The notes beneath the pieces are model-generated. The model saw only the letters and a list, made by a program, of their open reading frames with translations, had not been told where the DNA came from and made no database searches. Of a DNA stretch of 36,243 nucleotides, positions 19,890 to 29,410 are shown one piece after another. How positions within the stretch are numbered: position 1 is the stretch's first letter; every line of letters begins with the position of its first letter. The position numbers and the translations under genes are program-made. Origin of the DNA: Sediminibacterium sp. (GTDB taxonomy: Bacteria; Bacteroidota; Bacteroidia; Chitinophagales; Chitinophagaceae); the NCBI GenBank assembly GCA_040374385.1, contig JBEIUM010000001.1, positions 1-36,243 of the forward strand, in the 5' to 3' direction.

Positions 19890-21092
19890 ATGCCTTTGCA
19901 GCCCCCGGGTGAACATACGCGCTATTTTACTTTTCAATTTGCTTTACTGTGCCTGAGTAATTTGCTTTTCTCTGCCAGCTTTAATATGATGATTCCGGAA
20001 CTGCCTGCCTATCTGACTGCTATGGGTGGGGCGGAATACAAGGGATGGATTATTGCACTTTTTACCCTCATGGCGGGCATTTCACGGCCCTTCAGTGGTA
20101 AGTTGACCGATACGGTCGGAAGGGTACCTGTTATGATTTTCGGGTCTTTGGTTTGTGTGGTATGCAGTTTACTTTATCCGGTCTTGCATACCATTGTCGG
20201 ATTCTTATTGTTGCGTTTTTTTCATGGCTTTTCTACCGGGTTCAAGCCCACCGCTACTTCTGCATATGGTGCCGATGTGGTGCATGAATCCAGGCGGGGT
20301 GAAGCACTGGGTGCGCTCGCCATCGGTTATACCCTGGGGGCTACTATCGGACCGGTCATAGGCAGCTGGGTTGTATTGCATTATTCTTTCAATGCCATGT
20401 TTGTAACTTCTGCCGTCATGGCACTGGGTTCAGTTCTCATTCTATTCAATATAAAAGAGACCCTGCCCGAGCCGCAGGTATTTCGCTGGTCTTTGCTCAA
20501 AATTCCCCGAACAGAGATCATAGAGCCAACGGCACTTCGCCCGGCTTTAATTCTTTTTCTGCTGAGTATTTCACTGGGTGCTTGTTTGACTTTGGTGCCA
20601 GATTACTCTACTGAACTGGGTATGCGCAACAAGGGTTTATTTTTTACCTGTTTTACCATCACTTCCCTTTTTATTCGCTTGGTAGCTGGAAAATCTTCCG
20701 ATCGTTTCGGTCGGCAGGTGGTATTATTTTTCTCCTCCTTGGCATTAATGGTAAGCATGTTGATATTGGCCATGGCTCATTCTTATCTGTTATTATTGAT
20801 GGGTGCCGGTATTTTTGGGATGAGCTTGGGGATGAATTCGCCTACCGTTGCTGCTTGGGCTGTAGACCTTTGCGCGGTGGAGCACCGCGGAAAAGCCGTG
20901 GCTACTGTTTACATTGCTTTGGAAGCCGGAATTGGCGGGGGTGCCTTACTCAGTGCCTGGATCTATGATAATCAACCCAGTCATTTTTTCTATGCCTTTT
21001 TGTTGCCTGCTTTTTGTGCAGCTATATCTATGGTGCTGCTGTATCAGTGGATAGGTAAGAACAGAACAGCCAATGCAGCATCTGTTCGGTAA
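19890..21092 (+). CDS. Major facilitator superfamily transporter
   Basis: About 12 TM segments. Motif A copies GKLTDTVGR and GKSSDRFGR, LLRFFHG, RRGEALG. Start at ATG 19890 preferred over TTG 19860. Confidence 0.92.
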   Translation: MPLQPPGEHTRYFTFQFALLCLSNLLFSASFNMMIPELPAYLTAMGGAEYKGWIIALFTLMAGISRPFSGKLTDTVGRVPVMIFGSLVCVVCSLLYPVLHTIVGFLLLRFFHGFSTGFKPTATSAYGADVVHESRRGEALGALAIGYTLGATIGPVIGSWVVLHYSFNAMFVTSAVMALGSVLILFNIKETLPEPQVFRWSLLKIPRTEIIEPTALRPALILFLLSISLGACLTLVPDYSTELGMRNKGLFFTCFTITSLFIRLVAGKSSDRFGRQVVLFFSSLALMVSMLILAMAHSYLLLLMGAGIFGMSLGMNSPTVAAWAVDLCAVEHRGKAVATVYIALEAGIGGGALLSAWIYDNQPSHFFYAFLLPAFCAAISMVLLYQWIGKNRTANAASVR

Positions 21093-21094
21093 CC

Positions 21095-22195
21095 TCAGCT
21101 TATTTTTTCAAACCTTTTTCCCGGTAAACACCGAACATCTTGTTTCAATTCCAATTGAAGCAAAATGGCAGCGAGGCGACTGGTTTGCCATCCAGTACTG
21201 ATCATTAATTCATCTACTGATATTTGATGGGTACCTGGCAGGTGGCTTAAAACAAATGATTCATCTGCCGTGAAATCTTCAAATAAATACTGCTGTATCG
21301 CAGCGGGTGTTTTTTTTTCTTGCCATCCCAGCCAGTCCATGAATGCAGCGGGGGAGGTATATAAGATCGCCTTATTTTGTTTGATCAGTTGCAGGCAGCC
21401 GGTATGATAGCGATCATAAATTTTCCCCGGCACGGCAAACACATCCCGGTTATATTGAAAAGCCAGTTCTGCGGTAATCATACTGCCTCCTTTAACGGCG
21501 GTTTCTACAACCAAAGTGGCATCTGAAAGTCCTGCAACAATTCGGTTCCGTCGGGGAAATTGATGTTTTTCCGGGAGTGCTTTACTGTTGAATTCCGTTA
21601 GTAAACCACCAAGGGTACACATTTCTGTTGCCAGGGGTTGGTGTTGCCAGGGATAGATGGTGTTTAGTCCGTGCGCCAGCACACCAATCGTGGGCACACC
21701 TTTTTGCAAGGCTGATCGGTGGGCGATGGCATCAATGCCAAATGCCAGTCCACTAACAATCATCACATCCGCTCTGCTCAATTTGTCGATCAATTCTTCT
21801 GTTACCTGTTTTCCGTAGTTGCTGCTATTGCGGGTACCAATGATGCTCAGTATCCGGGGATGGTTTAGGTTGGCGGTACCTTTATAGAAAAGGAGTGCTG
21901 GTGGGTCATAACATTGCCTGAGCCGATGTGGGTAGTTGGGGTCGGTCAAGAAAAGGGGTGTGATGGCATGTTCTTTTATCCATTGCCATTCTTTAGCGGC
22001 CTCTTCCAGCACCTGCTTATTTTTCATTTCCTTGCAGGCTGCTTCTGTCATCTGCGGAACACGCAACCATTCCTTTCTTGAACTGTTCAAGACGGCGGTG
22101 GCAGTGCCAAAATGTTCGACGAGGTTTTTGATGCGTACCGGACCAAGCGCAGGTATCAGGGTTAGTGCAATACGATGCAGCCATTCATCTTCCAT
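21095..22195 (-). CDS. dprA: DNA-processing protein DprA
   Basis: YP..L....DPPALLFYKG, IIGTR, VSGLAFGIDAIAH, FPRRNRIVAGLS, GGSMITA, RDVFAVPG, C-terminal winged helix LLQLEL...PG. Confidence 0.97.
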   Translation of the reverse strand: MEDEWLHRIALTLIPALGPVRIKNLVEHFGTATAVLNSSRKEWLRVPQMTEAACKEMKNKQVLEEAAKEWQWIKEHAITPLFLTDPNYPHRLRQCYDPPALLFYKGTANLNHPRILSIIGTRNSSNYGKQVTEELIDKLSRADVMIVSGLAFGIDAIAHRSALQKGVPTIGVLAHGLNTIYPWQHQPLATEMCTLGGLLTEFNSKALPEKHQFPRRNRIVAGLSDATLVVETAVKGGSMITAELAFQYNRDVFAVPGKIYDRYHTGCLQLIKQNKAILYTSPAAFMDWLGWQEKKTPAAIQQYLFEDFTADESFVLSHLPGTHQISVDELMISTGWQTSRLAAILLQLELKQDVRCLPGKRFEKIS

Positions 22196-22245
22196 GCGCG
22201 AATATCCAACGCATGAATCAGGTAAGCAATGGTATTAATACCTAA

Positions 22246-24165
22246 TTAGAGTCGGTCGATGCCAATAATCGTAAAGCTGGTTCTTCGGTTGAGGGCGCGG
22301 CCGGCTTCCGTTTTGTTATCTGCTATGGGTTGACTGGATCCATATCCTTTCCAACGAAGACGTGGTGCGGCGATTTTATTTTCTATGAGGTAGTTTGCTA
22401 TGGACTTCGCCCTGTTTTCAGAGAGCAGCCGGTTGTTTTCTGCTAAGCCGGAATTATCTGTATGTCCTCCTATTTCAACTCGGATGGAAGGATTTTCATT
22501 CATCAGGTTGATCAGTTTATCCAGTTCAATTTTTCCTGCTTCAGGCAGTGTAAAAGAATTGGATGCAAATTGAATGTTAGAGAAAGTGAGACTTGCATTC
22601 AAACGAATAGGTTGTAGTGAAATATCTTTTCGATAAATGCTGTCAGGTATTTGAGTAGATAGTTGAAATAATTCACTATAAAATAGATAGCCTTTTCTGT
22701 TGACTGTAAGTGTGTAATCGTTCCCTGCGGGAAGGGTGATGAAATAATTTGCCTGCTCATCGGTTTGCACCCGCATCCAGGTTTTCCGGTTGTTGTTGAC
22801 AGTCAATTCAACAACGGAGGGAAGGGCTTTTCCTGTAAGCTGATCTTTGATTTTTCCCTTTAAATAAAATGTTTTGAAGGGCTGTAAATCTTTGCGCAGG
22901 GTAAATCGGTAGAGGTCCATTCCGCCCCTTGAATCACTGCGGTCACTGGAATAGTAAGCGGTAATGCCGTTGGCCGCAACTGCCATCATTCCTTCATTTT
23001 CGATGGTATTGATGGGATAACCAAGGTTTTGCGGCTTTCCCCATTTACCATCGCTGTTCTTTCTGGCAATAAATAGATCGGAACCGCCATATCCCGGCCA
23101 TCCGGTGGAAGTAAAAAAGAGCGTTTGGTTATCGGCATGAATGAATGGGGCCATCTCGTCGCCGGGCGTATTGATGATGGGTCCCATATTCTCGGCTTCG
23201 CTCCATTTTCCATTGGCTAAGCGATTGGAGTAATAGAGATCGGATCCACCAAATCCACCGGGACGAGAACTGGTGAAGTAGAGTGTACTTTTATCCGGAC
23301 TCAACGAGGGGGCTGTATCCCAAAATTCTGAGTTGATAGCCGGGCCTAAATTTTCAGGTTCACTCCAGCCCTCCGGTGTTGCATAAGAAATATAGATATC
23401 AAAACTTCGATATCCCTGGTCGGGAAAAATGGCGGCGAAGAGCAGCCAATCCCCGTCTTGTGAAACACTGATGGCTCCTTTTTTAGGTTCCTCGTTCAGG
23501 TTGCCAGGAATCGTTCTCCAGCGCGTAAATCCGTTCCCGCGAAAAGCGGTTTCTATAAAATTTTCCCTTCCCCCTTCTCTTCTGGTAAAAACAAGCAGAC
23601 TATCATTGATGGTAACGGTGGGATAATATTCTGAACTATTTGTGTTGACTGAATCACCCAGGTTCTCAGGAGAAAAGGTATAAGTGGAATCAGGATGTTC
23701 TTTGGCATAATTCAATGCAAATTCGTAGCAGGACTTTCGGTACAATCCGCTGCGTTTGCTTTTGTCATTGAGGCGGGGAGTGGAAAGAAAACGGTTCACT
23801 GCCTGCAGTGCCGAAGCGAAATCTCCTTTGCCAGCCAGGTTGATGGAGTAAGGAAGGCCATAAGGAGCAAAATAATTGCTGTCTATCAAGCGGACTCTCT
23901 CATACCACAGGATGGAAGAATCATATTTCTTAAGCTGTCCATACACACCTGCCAGTGATAGCAAGGCATCTGCGAAATTGCTATCGAGCTGTACACTTTT
24001 TTTTAAAAGTAGAATACCCAACTGATAACGCTCGTCTTCTAATTGACGAATGGCCTGTTCATAGAAGGTGATTGCTTTAGTATTCACTTTGTCGGGCTGG
24101 TAACCTTGAGCCCAAGATCTACTGAAAGAGAGGAACAAGAGCAAAAGAAAAAAATGCCTGCACAT
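22246..24165 (-). CDS. OmpA-family protein with TPR, PD40 (WD40-like) and peptidoglycan-binding domains (PorE-like architecture)
   Basis: Signal peptide SWA|Q, N-terminal TPR-like helices, repeated NLGP.IN(S/T) and LYFTSSRPGGFGGSDLY, C-terminal GHTD..G....N..LSENRA and GRALNRR. Confidence 0.9.
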   Translation of the reverse strand: MCRHFFLLLLFLSFSRSWAQGYQPDKVNTKAITFYEQAIRQLEDERYQLGILLLKKSVQLDSNFADALLSLAGVYGQLKKYDSSILWYERVRLIDSNYFAPYGLPYSINLAGKGDFASALQAVNRFLSTPRLNDKSKRSGLYRKSCYEFALNYAKEHPDSTYTFSPENLGDSVNTNSSEYYPTVTINDSLLVFTRREGGRENFIETAFRGNGFTRWRTIPGNLNEEPKKGAISVSQDGDWLLFAAIFPDQGYRSFDIYISYATPEGWSEPENLGPAINSEFWDTAPSLSPDKSTLYFTSSRPGGFGGSDLYYSNRLANGKWSEAENMGPIINTPGDEMAPFIHADNQTLFFTSTGWPGYGGSDLFIARKNSDGKWGKPQNLGYPINTIENEGMMAVAANGITAYYSSDRSDSRGGMDLYRFTLRKDLQPFKTFYLKGKIKDQLTGKALPSVVELTVNNNRKTWMRVQTDEQANYFITLPAGNDYTLTVNRKGYLFYSELFQLSTQIPDSIYRKDISLQPIRLNASLTFSNIQFASNSFTLPEAGKIELDKLINLMNENPSIRVEIGGHTDNSGLAENNRLLSENRAKSIANYLIENKIAAPRLRWKGYGSSQPIADNKTEAGRALNRRTSFTIIGIDRL

Positions 24166-24228
24166 GACAGCAATTTCGGTTAAAGCCTGTGAAACCTGTG
24201 TTAAAGGGCGTGGAATGAAAGAAAATGA

Positions 24229-24873
24229 TCAGGGGATGGCAGCAAATTTATGCACCTGCATACTCAGCTGCCAGTTTGGATGTTGTTGTATGAAATCGAT
24301 GATCTCGGGTAAGATTTTTTCTCGCTGGTCCCACTCAGGTTGCAAATAGAGCTGACAATCTTTTGGAACCTGTTGCTCCCATTCGGTTGCCCAGGTCAGA
24401 TCGTGCCGGTTATAGGCAACTATTTTTAATTCATCTGCTTGGGCAATGACTTCTGGTAAAGGCGCTTTGAATTTTTTTGGGGAGAGACATATCCAGTCGA
24501 AATGCCCCGATAGGGGGGAAGATCCGGATGTTTCCAGGTGAACGGTTTTTCCGATGGCGTGCAAGGCATCGGTTAGATCGTTCAGTTGGTGCAACAAAGG
24601 TTCGCCACCTGTGATGATAACAATTTTTGCCGGGTGGCCGGCTGCTTCCGCTGCAAGCGAACTAATGCTGCGTTTAGGGTGAAGGGCAGCATCCCAGCTT
24701 TCTTTCACATCACACCAAAAACATCCTACGTCACATCCTGCCAGTCGAATGAAGAAGGCTGCTTTCCCCTGGTGAAAACCTTCCCCTTGCAGGGAGTAAA
24801 AGGTTTCCATTACCGGAAGTTCAGTTGTAGTTACAGGAGCCAAGTCAGTTGCGGTCGACATCTTAGGAAGCAT
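24229..24873 (-). CDS. queE: 7-carboxy-7-deazaguanine synthase QueE (radical SAM)
   Basis: FYSLQGEG, FIRLAGCDVGCFWCD (CxxxCxxC), ITGGEP, LETSG, SPK, YLQP, LSMQVHK. Alternative start ATG 24861. Confidence 0.93.
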   Translation of the reverse strand: MLPKMSTATDLAPVTTTELPVMETFYSLQGEGFHQGKAAFFIRLAGCDVGCFWCDVKESWDAALHPKRSISSLAAEAAGHPAKIVIITGGEPLLHQLNDLTDALHAIGKTVHLETSGSSPLSGHFDWICLSPKKFKAPLPEVIAQADELKIVAYNRHDLTWATEWEQQVPKDCQLYLQPEWDQREKILPEIIDFIQQHPNWQLSMQVHKFAAIP

Positions 24874-25741
24874 GGTTTTGATAAGCCTGTAAAGTATTTT
24901 TCAATAAGCCGGCTATGGTCATCAGTCCGACTCCCCCCGGAACGGGTGTGATGGCTTCGCACAGGGGAGCCACCTCATCATATGCTACATCGCCTTTGAT
25001 GCGGAAGCCTTTCTTCGCAGTGGCATCGGGTACCCTGGTAATTCCAACATCTATGATGATGGCACCCGGTTTCACCATGTCAGCTTGAACAAATTCGGGT
25101 TTTCCGAGTGCAGCCACCAGAATATCTGCCTCGCGGGTGAGGGCCGGCAGATCGGGGGTGTGGGAATGGCAGAGGGTTACGGTACAGTTGCCATAAGGGA
25201 TATTGCTGCTCAGCAAGATGCTCATGGGACGGCCAACGATGTTGCTACGACCAATCACTACGGCATGTTTGCCTTTAGTCGATAATTGAAAATGCTCTAA
25301 CAAGAGCATGATACCATAGGGAGTGGCTGGAATAAAAGTTGGTAATCCTTGCACCAGTTTACCGGCACTGATGGGGTGAAATCCATCTACATCTTTATTC
25401 GGATGGATGGCTTGAATGATCACTGATTCCCGAATATGTTTGGGCAGGGGCAGTTGCACTAAGATGCCATCTATGCCGGCATCGTTATTGAGTGCTGCAA
25501 TTTTCTCCAGCAGTTCATTTTCTGTCACTTCTGATGGGAGACGGATTAGGGTCGATTGGAACCCCGTTTCTTCACAGTTTTTCACTTTACTGGCCACATA
25601 GGTTTCACTGGCTCCGTCGTTACCAACCAGTATGGCGGCCAGGTGGGGCGGTCTTTTTCCGGCACTGGTGATGCTGTCTGTCGCTTTTTTTAGTTGCTCC
25701 TTTATCGCCTGGGAGGCGATTTTTCCATCTAGTACAATCAT
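24863..25741 (-). CDS. folD: Bifunctional methylenetetrahydrofolate dehydrogenase/cyclohydrolase
   Basis: LDGK, ASETYV..K, DGILVQLPLP, KDVDG, GRSNIVGRP, IIDVGI, TPVPGGVG.MT. Confidence 0.98.
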   Translation of the reverse strand: MIVLDGKIASQAIKEQLKKATDSITSAGKRPPHLAAILVGNDGASETYVASKVKNCEETGFQSTLIRLPSEVTENELLEKIAALNNDAGIDGILVQLPLPKHIRESVIIQAIHPNKDVDGFHPISAGKLVQGLPTFIPATPYGIMLLLEHFQLSTKGKHAVVIGRSNIVGRPMSILLSSNIPYGNCTVTLCHSHTPDLPALTREADILVAALGKPEFVQADMVKPGAIIIDVGITRVPDATAKKGFRIKGDVAYDEVAPLCEAITPVPGGVGLMTIAGLLKNTLQAYQNHAS

Positions 25742-25745
25742 GGTG

Positions 25746-25753
25746 CAAAAATA
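25746..25753 (-). promoter_or_regulatory. -7 promoter element for folD-queE
   Basis: TATTTTTG-CACC-ATG on the minus strand. Confidence 0.65.
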
Positions 25754-26164
25754 TTCGAATTGGAGCGTGGTAACTATTTTTTGTATTTCTTTTCGTAATT
25801 CAACAGAATTACATAAATATTATTGATAAATATCGATTAATACATAGTATAAATTATATATTTCAATTTTGCATGGAATATATATATAATATTTATCAAT
25901 TTGTTAACGTCATGCAGCATTATGGGTAAGGATAATGTCATTTTATGGGTAGCATAAAAAAAATCAATAAAAATTTTAACCTTTGTTAATGTTTTATTAA
26001 TTTCAACCATTAAAGTCTAGACAAAAGTGCTTTTTGAACTATTCAGAAGCACGATAAAACTACAGAGGCATAGTAGAAAAATTTGGACAAAAGGATATAA
26101 TACGCTGTATTAAAATTTACTATAAGTTAAAATTTTTTATTATTCATTTTAAACAACCAACAAC
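25754..26164. promoter_or_regulatory. AT-rich divergent control region between folD and susC
   Basis: About 410 nt of non-coding, visibly very AT-rich sequence containing direct and inverted repeats (see findings). Confidence 0.7.
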
Positions 26165-29100
26165 ATGAGAAAAATTGTACCAATGCTGGTTTTGCTGCTG
26201 TTCTTCGGAGCGACGGTAAATGCCCAGACAGTTGCAGTTCAGGGAAAGGTTTCGGATGTTAGTGGCCCAGTGGCCAATGCTACCGTTCAGGAAAAAGGAA
26301 CCAAGAACATCGTGAAGGCGGATGCCAACGGTGTTTTCAACATTCGTGTTAAGCAAGGTGCTACCCTCACCATTTCTGCTATCGGCCACGATAATGCAGA
26401 TGTGACGGCATCTTCGTCTTACATGAACGTAGATTTAAAAACTAGAGCTGATGAGCTTCAGGAAGTAATGGTGACTACCGCCTTTAACGTGAAAAAATCA
26501 CAGCGGACCACCCCTTTCAGTTCACAAGTAATCAAAGCTGATCAGTTGAACGTGATTCGTCAACCGAACCTGAACAATGCCTTGGCAGGAAAGGTGGCCG
26601 GTGTTCAGTTCCGCGGACAAAGTGCTGCCAAATTAAATGATCAGGGCTTCCTGCGTATACGTGGAGGTGGATCGCTTTCTGATGTGGCCCCTATTTATGT
26701 AGTAGATGGTACACTAACCAACTCATTCGATATCAATCCGGATGATGTGGAAGACGTTACCGTTTTGAAAGGTGCAAACGCTACAGCACTTTTTGGTAGC
26801 CGTGCCGTAAATGGTGCCATCGTTGTAACAACCCGCAAAGGGGGTGGTAAAAAAGGTATTGGTATCGAGGTGAATCAAGGTCTTATGTTTGATAAGGCTG
26901 CTTTTCTTCCCAAATACCAGAATGATTATGGTGGAGGTGATGGCGACTGGCTCACCTTTAACTATGTAGCAGGTATGCCGGCTGAGTGGCAGGGCCTGAA
27001 TGGCAAGCGTTATCGCGACTTTACCGATGATGCCAGCTGGGGACCGAAAATTGATGGTGGTGAATACATCCCCTGGTATGCATTCATTCCCGGACACAGC
27101 AGAAGCGGACAAACGGCTTCTTTTGTGGCACAACCCAATAACGTGCGTGATTTCTGGAATACCGGTATCACCAACAATACCAATGTGAGCTTTACACAAA
27201 GCAATGGTGCCGGTCAAAATCTTCGTGTTTCTTATACCAACCAGTCCATCCGTGGATTGTTGCCCAATACCAAATCGCTTCGTCACAACTTATTCGCATC
27301 ATTTAACATGGACCTGGGTAAGCTCTTTACCTTGAATGCCAATTTAACTTATACGAATCAGCGCATCAATGGAGAGTTTGGTGATGGATATGCCAACAAC
27401 TCCTCTGGTAACTTTAACCAATGGTTCCACCGCGATCTGGATATTAATATTCTGCGCGACTTTTCTAATTTCAAGACCCCGATTGGTACCATTGCTTCTT
27501 GGAACTTCCGTCGGAACCCAGGTGCCTGGAGTGCTGCTGCACCAAGAAACAGTGTATATGGTGCTAACTACTGGTACAATCCTTATACCTATTATGAGCA
27601 ACTCAATTATGCACAATACCGCGATCGTTTGTATGGAGATGTGGGTCTGACCTACAAGATCAATAACCACCTGAAAGTGCGTGGTACAATTCGTACGGAT
27701 CAATTCAATGGTAACGTAGAAAATATTATACCTAATATTCTTGAGTTTACCGGTGTTCAAACAGGTTACCTGGCAGGTTATGGAACCAGTACAACGGTGA
27801 ATAAAGAGTGGAATTTTGAAGGAGTAATCAACTACAATAATAACTTCGGCGATTTTGCAGTATCTGTAAATGCAGGTGCCAACCGTTTGTCTATTCGTAA
27901 CCGGGCTGTTTCTGCCAATACGAATAATGGTCTGAACGTACCGGAATTATATGCTATCAGCAATTCCAAAACGACTGCTACCATTTCGAATAGTCGTTCC
28001 GATCAACAAGCGAACTCTTTATTTGCTTTCGGTGATATTGAGTACAAAAAGTACCTGAGTTTAACATGGGCGGTAAGGAACGACTGGTTCTCTACATTGC
28101 CTGCCAATGATAACTCACTGTTGTCACCATCTCTGGGTACTTCATTTGTATTCACTGATTTTACTAATAAAGCTTTGCCTTGGTTAAGCTTTGGTAAAGT
28201 GTTCGCTTCGTGGGGTAGAAAGCCGGTGGCGCTCAATCCTTATGAGTTGAACCTGAACTATTCTGTTAATCCACTTTTGTGGGGAAGCAACTTCCTGATG
28301 TCAACACCCGATGTTGCTCCGGATGCTAACTTAAAAGGTTCGTTGATCACTACCTGGGAAGCTGGATTTGACCTGCGTTTTGCCAAGAATAAAATTGGCT
28401 TAACACTGACTTACTTCTTTGAAGATAATATCAAAGCGCCGCTTCAGGTTACCAGCAGTGGTGTGAGTGGTTTTACTGCTCAGCGTATCAATGCTGCCTG
28501 GATACAGCGTAAGGGTATTGAAACTGAATTAACTGCCAGAATCATCGATAAGAAAAACTTCCAATGGCGCGCCAATGGTACCTTCTCTTACCTGCTTGAT
28601 AATCCGGTGAAAGAATTAGCACCCGGATTGTCTTCTATCGTTCTTTCCGGCGGTTCTTTCGGTACTCGTTTTGCACGGGCCTTCCACATTGCAGGTCAAC
28701 AATGGGGTACTTTGAGAGGCGGTGGTATTCGCCGCAATGATGCAGGTCAACCATTGATCACCACGAATGGATTTAGCGGTGGACTCGGTTGGTACAGTGC
28801 CGGCGACGCTACGAAAGAATGGGGTTCAGTTGTACCCAAGATTACAGGTGGTCTTCAGAACTTCTTCACTTATAAGCGCTTTAACATGGGAGTTTCTATC
28901 GACTATCAATTTGGCGGTCAATTCTTCTCCCTGTCTGAACAGTGGGGTAACTTCTCCGGTTTGATGGAGAACACCGGCGGATTGAATGACAAAGGAAATC
29001 CTATTCGTAATTCAGTAGCCAGTGGTGGTGGTGTACGTGTAACAGGTGTACAGGCTTCCGATGGAAGAACACCGGTAGATGTATATGTTGAGGCATATGA

Positions 29101-29389
29101 CTACTTCCACCAGTTCTACTATCAGCAAATTGCTGAACCCTTTGTACATAGTTTGAGTTGTGTAAAGGTGCGTGAAGTGAGCCTTGGTTATAATATCCCG
29201 GTTCAGAAGCTGGGTAAATTTGGCCAGGTGTTCCAGGGAGCCAACATTTCTCTGACTGCCCGCAATCCTTTCATTTTGTATAGAGAGACCAAGAACTTTG
29301 ATCCTACTGAGATCAGCGGTCAGTTTGGTGAAGATGGCCAGATGCCCGGAACTCGTTCAATTGGGTTTAACCTGAAAATGAATTTCTAA
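26165..29389 (+). CDS. susC: SusC/RagA family TonB-dependent outer membrane transporter
   Basis: Signal peptide VNA|Q, N-terminal extension domain, TonB-box-like LQEVMVT, LAGKVAGV, PIYVVDG, DINPDDVEDVTVLKGANATALFGSRAVNGAIVVTT, KVREVSLGY, terminal Phe. Confidence 0.96.
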   Translation: MRKIVPMLVLLLFFGATVNAQTVAVQGKVSDVSGPVANATVQEKGTKNIVKADANGVFNIRVKQGATLTISAIGHDNADVTASSSYMNVDLKTRADELQEVMVTTAFNVKKSQRTTPFSSQVIKADQLNVIRQPNLNNALAGKVAGVQFRGQSAAKLNDQGFLRIRGGGSLSDVAPIYVVDGTLTNSFDINPDDVEDVTVLKGANATALFGSRAVNGAIVVTTRKGGGKKGIGIEVNQGLMFDKAAFLPKYQNDYGGGDGDWLTFNYVAGMPAEWQGLNGKRYRDFTDDASWGPKIDGGEYIPWYAFIPGHSRSGQTASFVAQPNNVRDFWNTGITNNTNVSFTQSNGAGQNLRVSYTNQSIRGLLPNTKSLRHNLFASFNMDLGKLFTLNANLTYTNQRINGEFGDGYANNSSGNFNQWFHRDLDINILRDFSNFKTPIGTIASWNFRRNPGAWSAAAPRNSVYGANYWYNPYTYYEQLNYAQYRDRLYGDVGLTYKINNHLKVRGTIRTDQFNGNVENIIPNILEFTGVQTGYLAGYGTSTTVNKEWNFEGVINYNNNFGDFAVSVNAGANRLSIRNRAVSANTNNGLNVPELYAISNSKTTATISNSRSDQQANSLFAFGDIEYKKYLSLTWAVRNDWFSTLPANDNSLLSPSLGTSFVFTDFTNKALPWLSFGKVFASWGRKPVALNPYELNLNYSVNPLLWGSNFLMSTPDVAPDANLKGSLITTWEAGFDLRFAKNKIGLTLTYFFEDNIKAPLQVTSSGVSGFTAQRINAAWIQRKGIETELTARIIDKKNFQWRANGTFSYLLDNPVKELAPGLSSIVLSGGSFGTRFARAFHIAGQQWGTLRGGGIRRNDAGQPLITTNGFSGGLGWYSAGDATKEWGSVVPKITGGLQNFFTYKRFNMGVSIDYQFGGQFFSLSEQWGNFSGLMENTGGLNDKGNPIRNSVASGGGVRVTGVQASDGRTPVDVYVEAYDYFHQFYYQQIAEPFVHSLSCVKVREVSLGYNIPVQKLGKFGQVFQGANISLTARNPFILYRETKNFDPTEISGQFGEDGQMPGTRSIGFNLKMNF

Positions 29390-29410
29390 TAACCCTTAAA
29401 TGTATATACA

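Noticed and set aside
24229-24873. queE as part of a 7-deazaguanine DNA-modification (dpd) defence system
   Set aside because: No dpdA/tgt paralogue, queC/D or helicase genes are nearby. The context is housekeeping.
25754-26164. AT-rich stretch as a replication origin or horizontally acquired island
   Set aside because: I found no DnaA-box cluster, att site, integrase or tRNA. Long AT-rich regions are usual upstream of susC genes.
26723-27760. Long antisense ORFs (187 and 138 aa) inside susC, and similar shadow ORFs in glyA, guaB, dsbD and prs
   Set aside because: These are reverse-frame shadows expected from codon bias of the real genes. They show no recognisable motifs or independent signals.
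29159-29161. Cys (TGT) in SusC SLSCVKVREVSLGY where an aromatic residue is usual
   Set aside because: A single-base difference from TAT. It cannot be distinguished from a neutral variant or base-call error.
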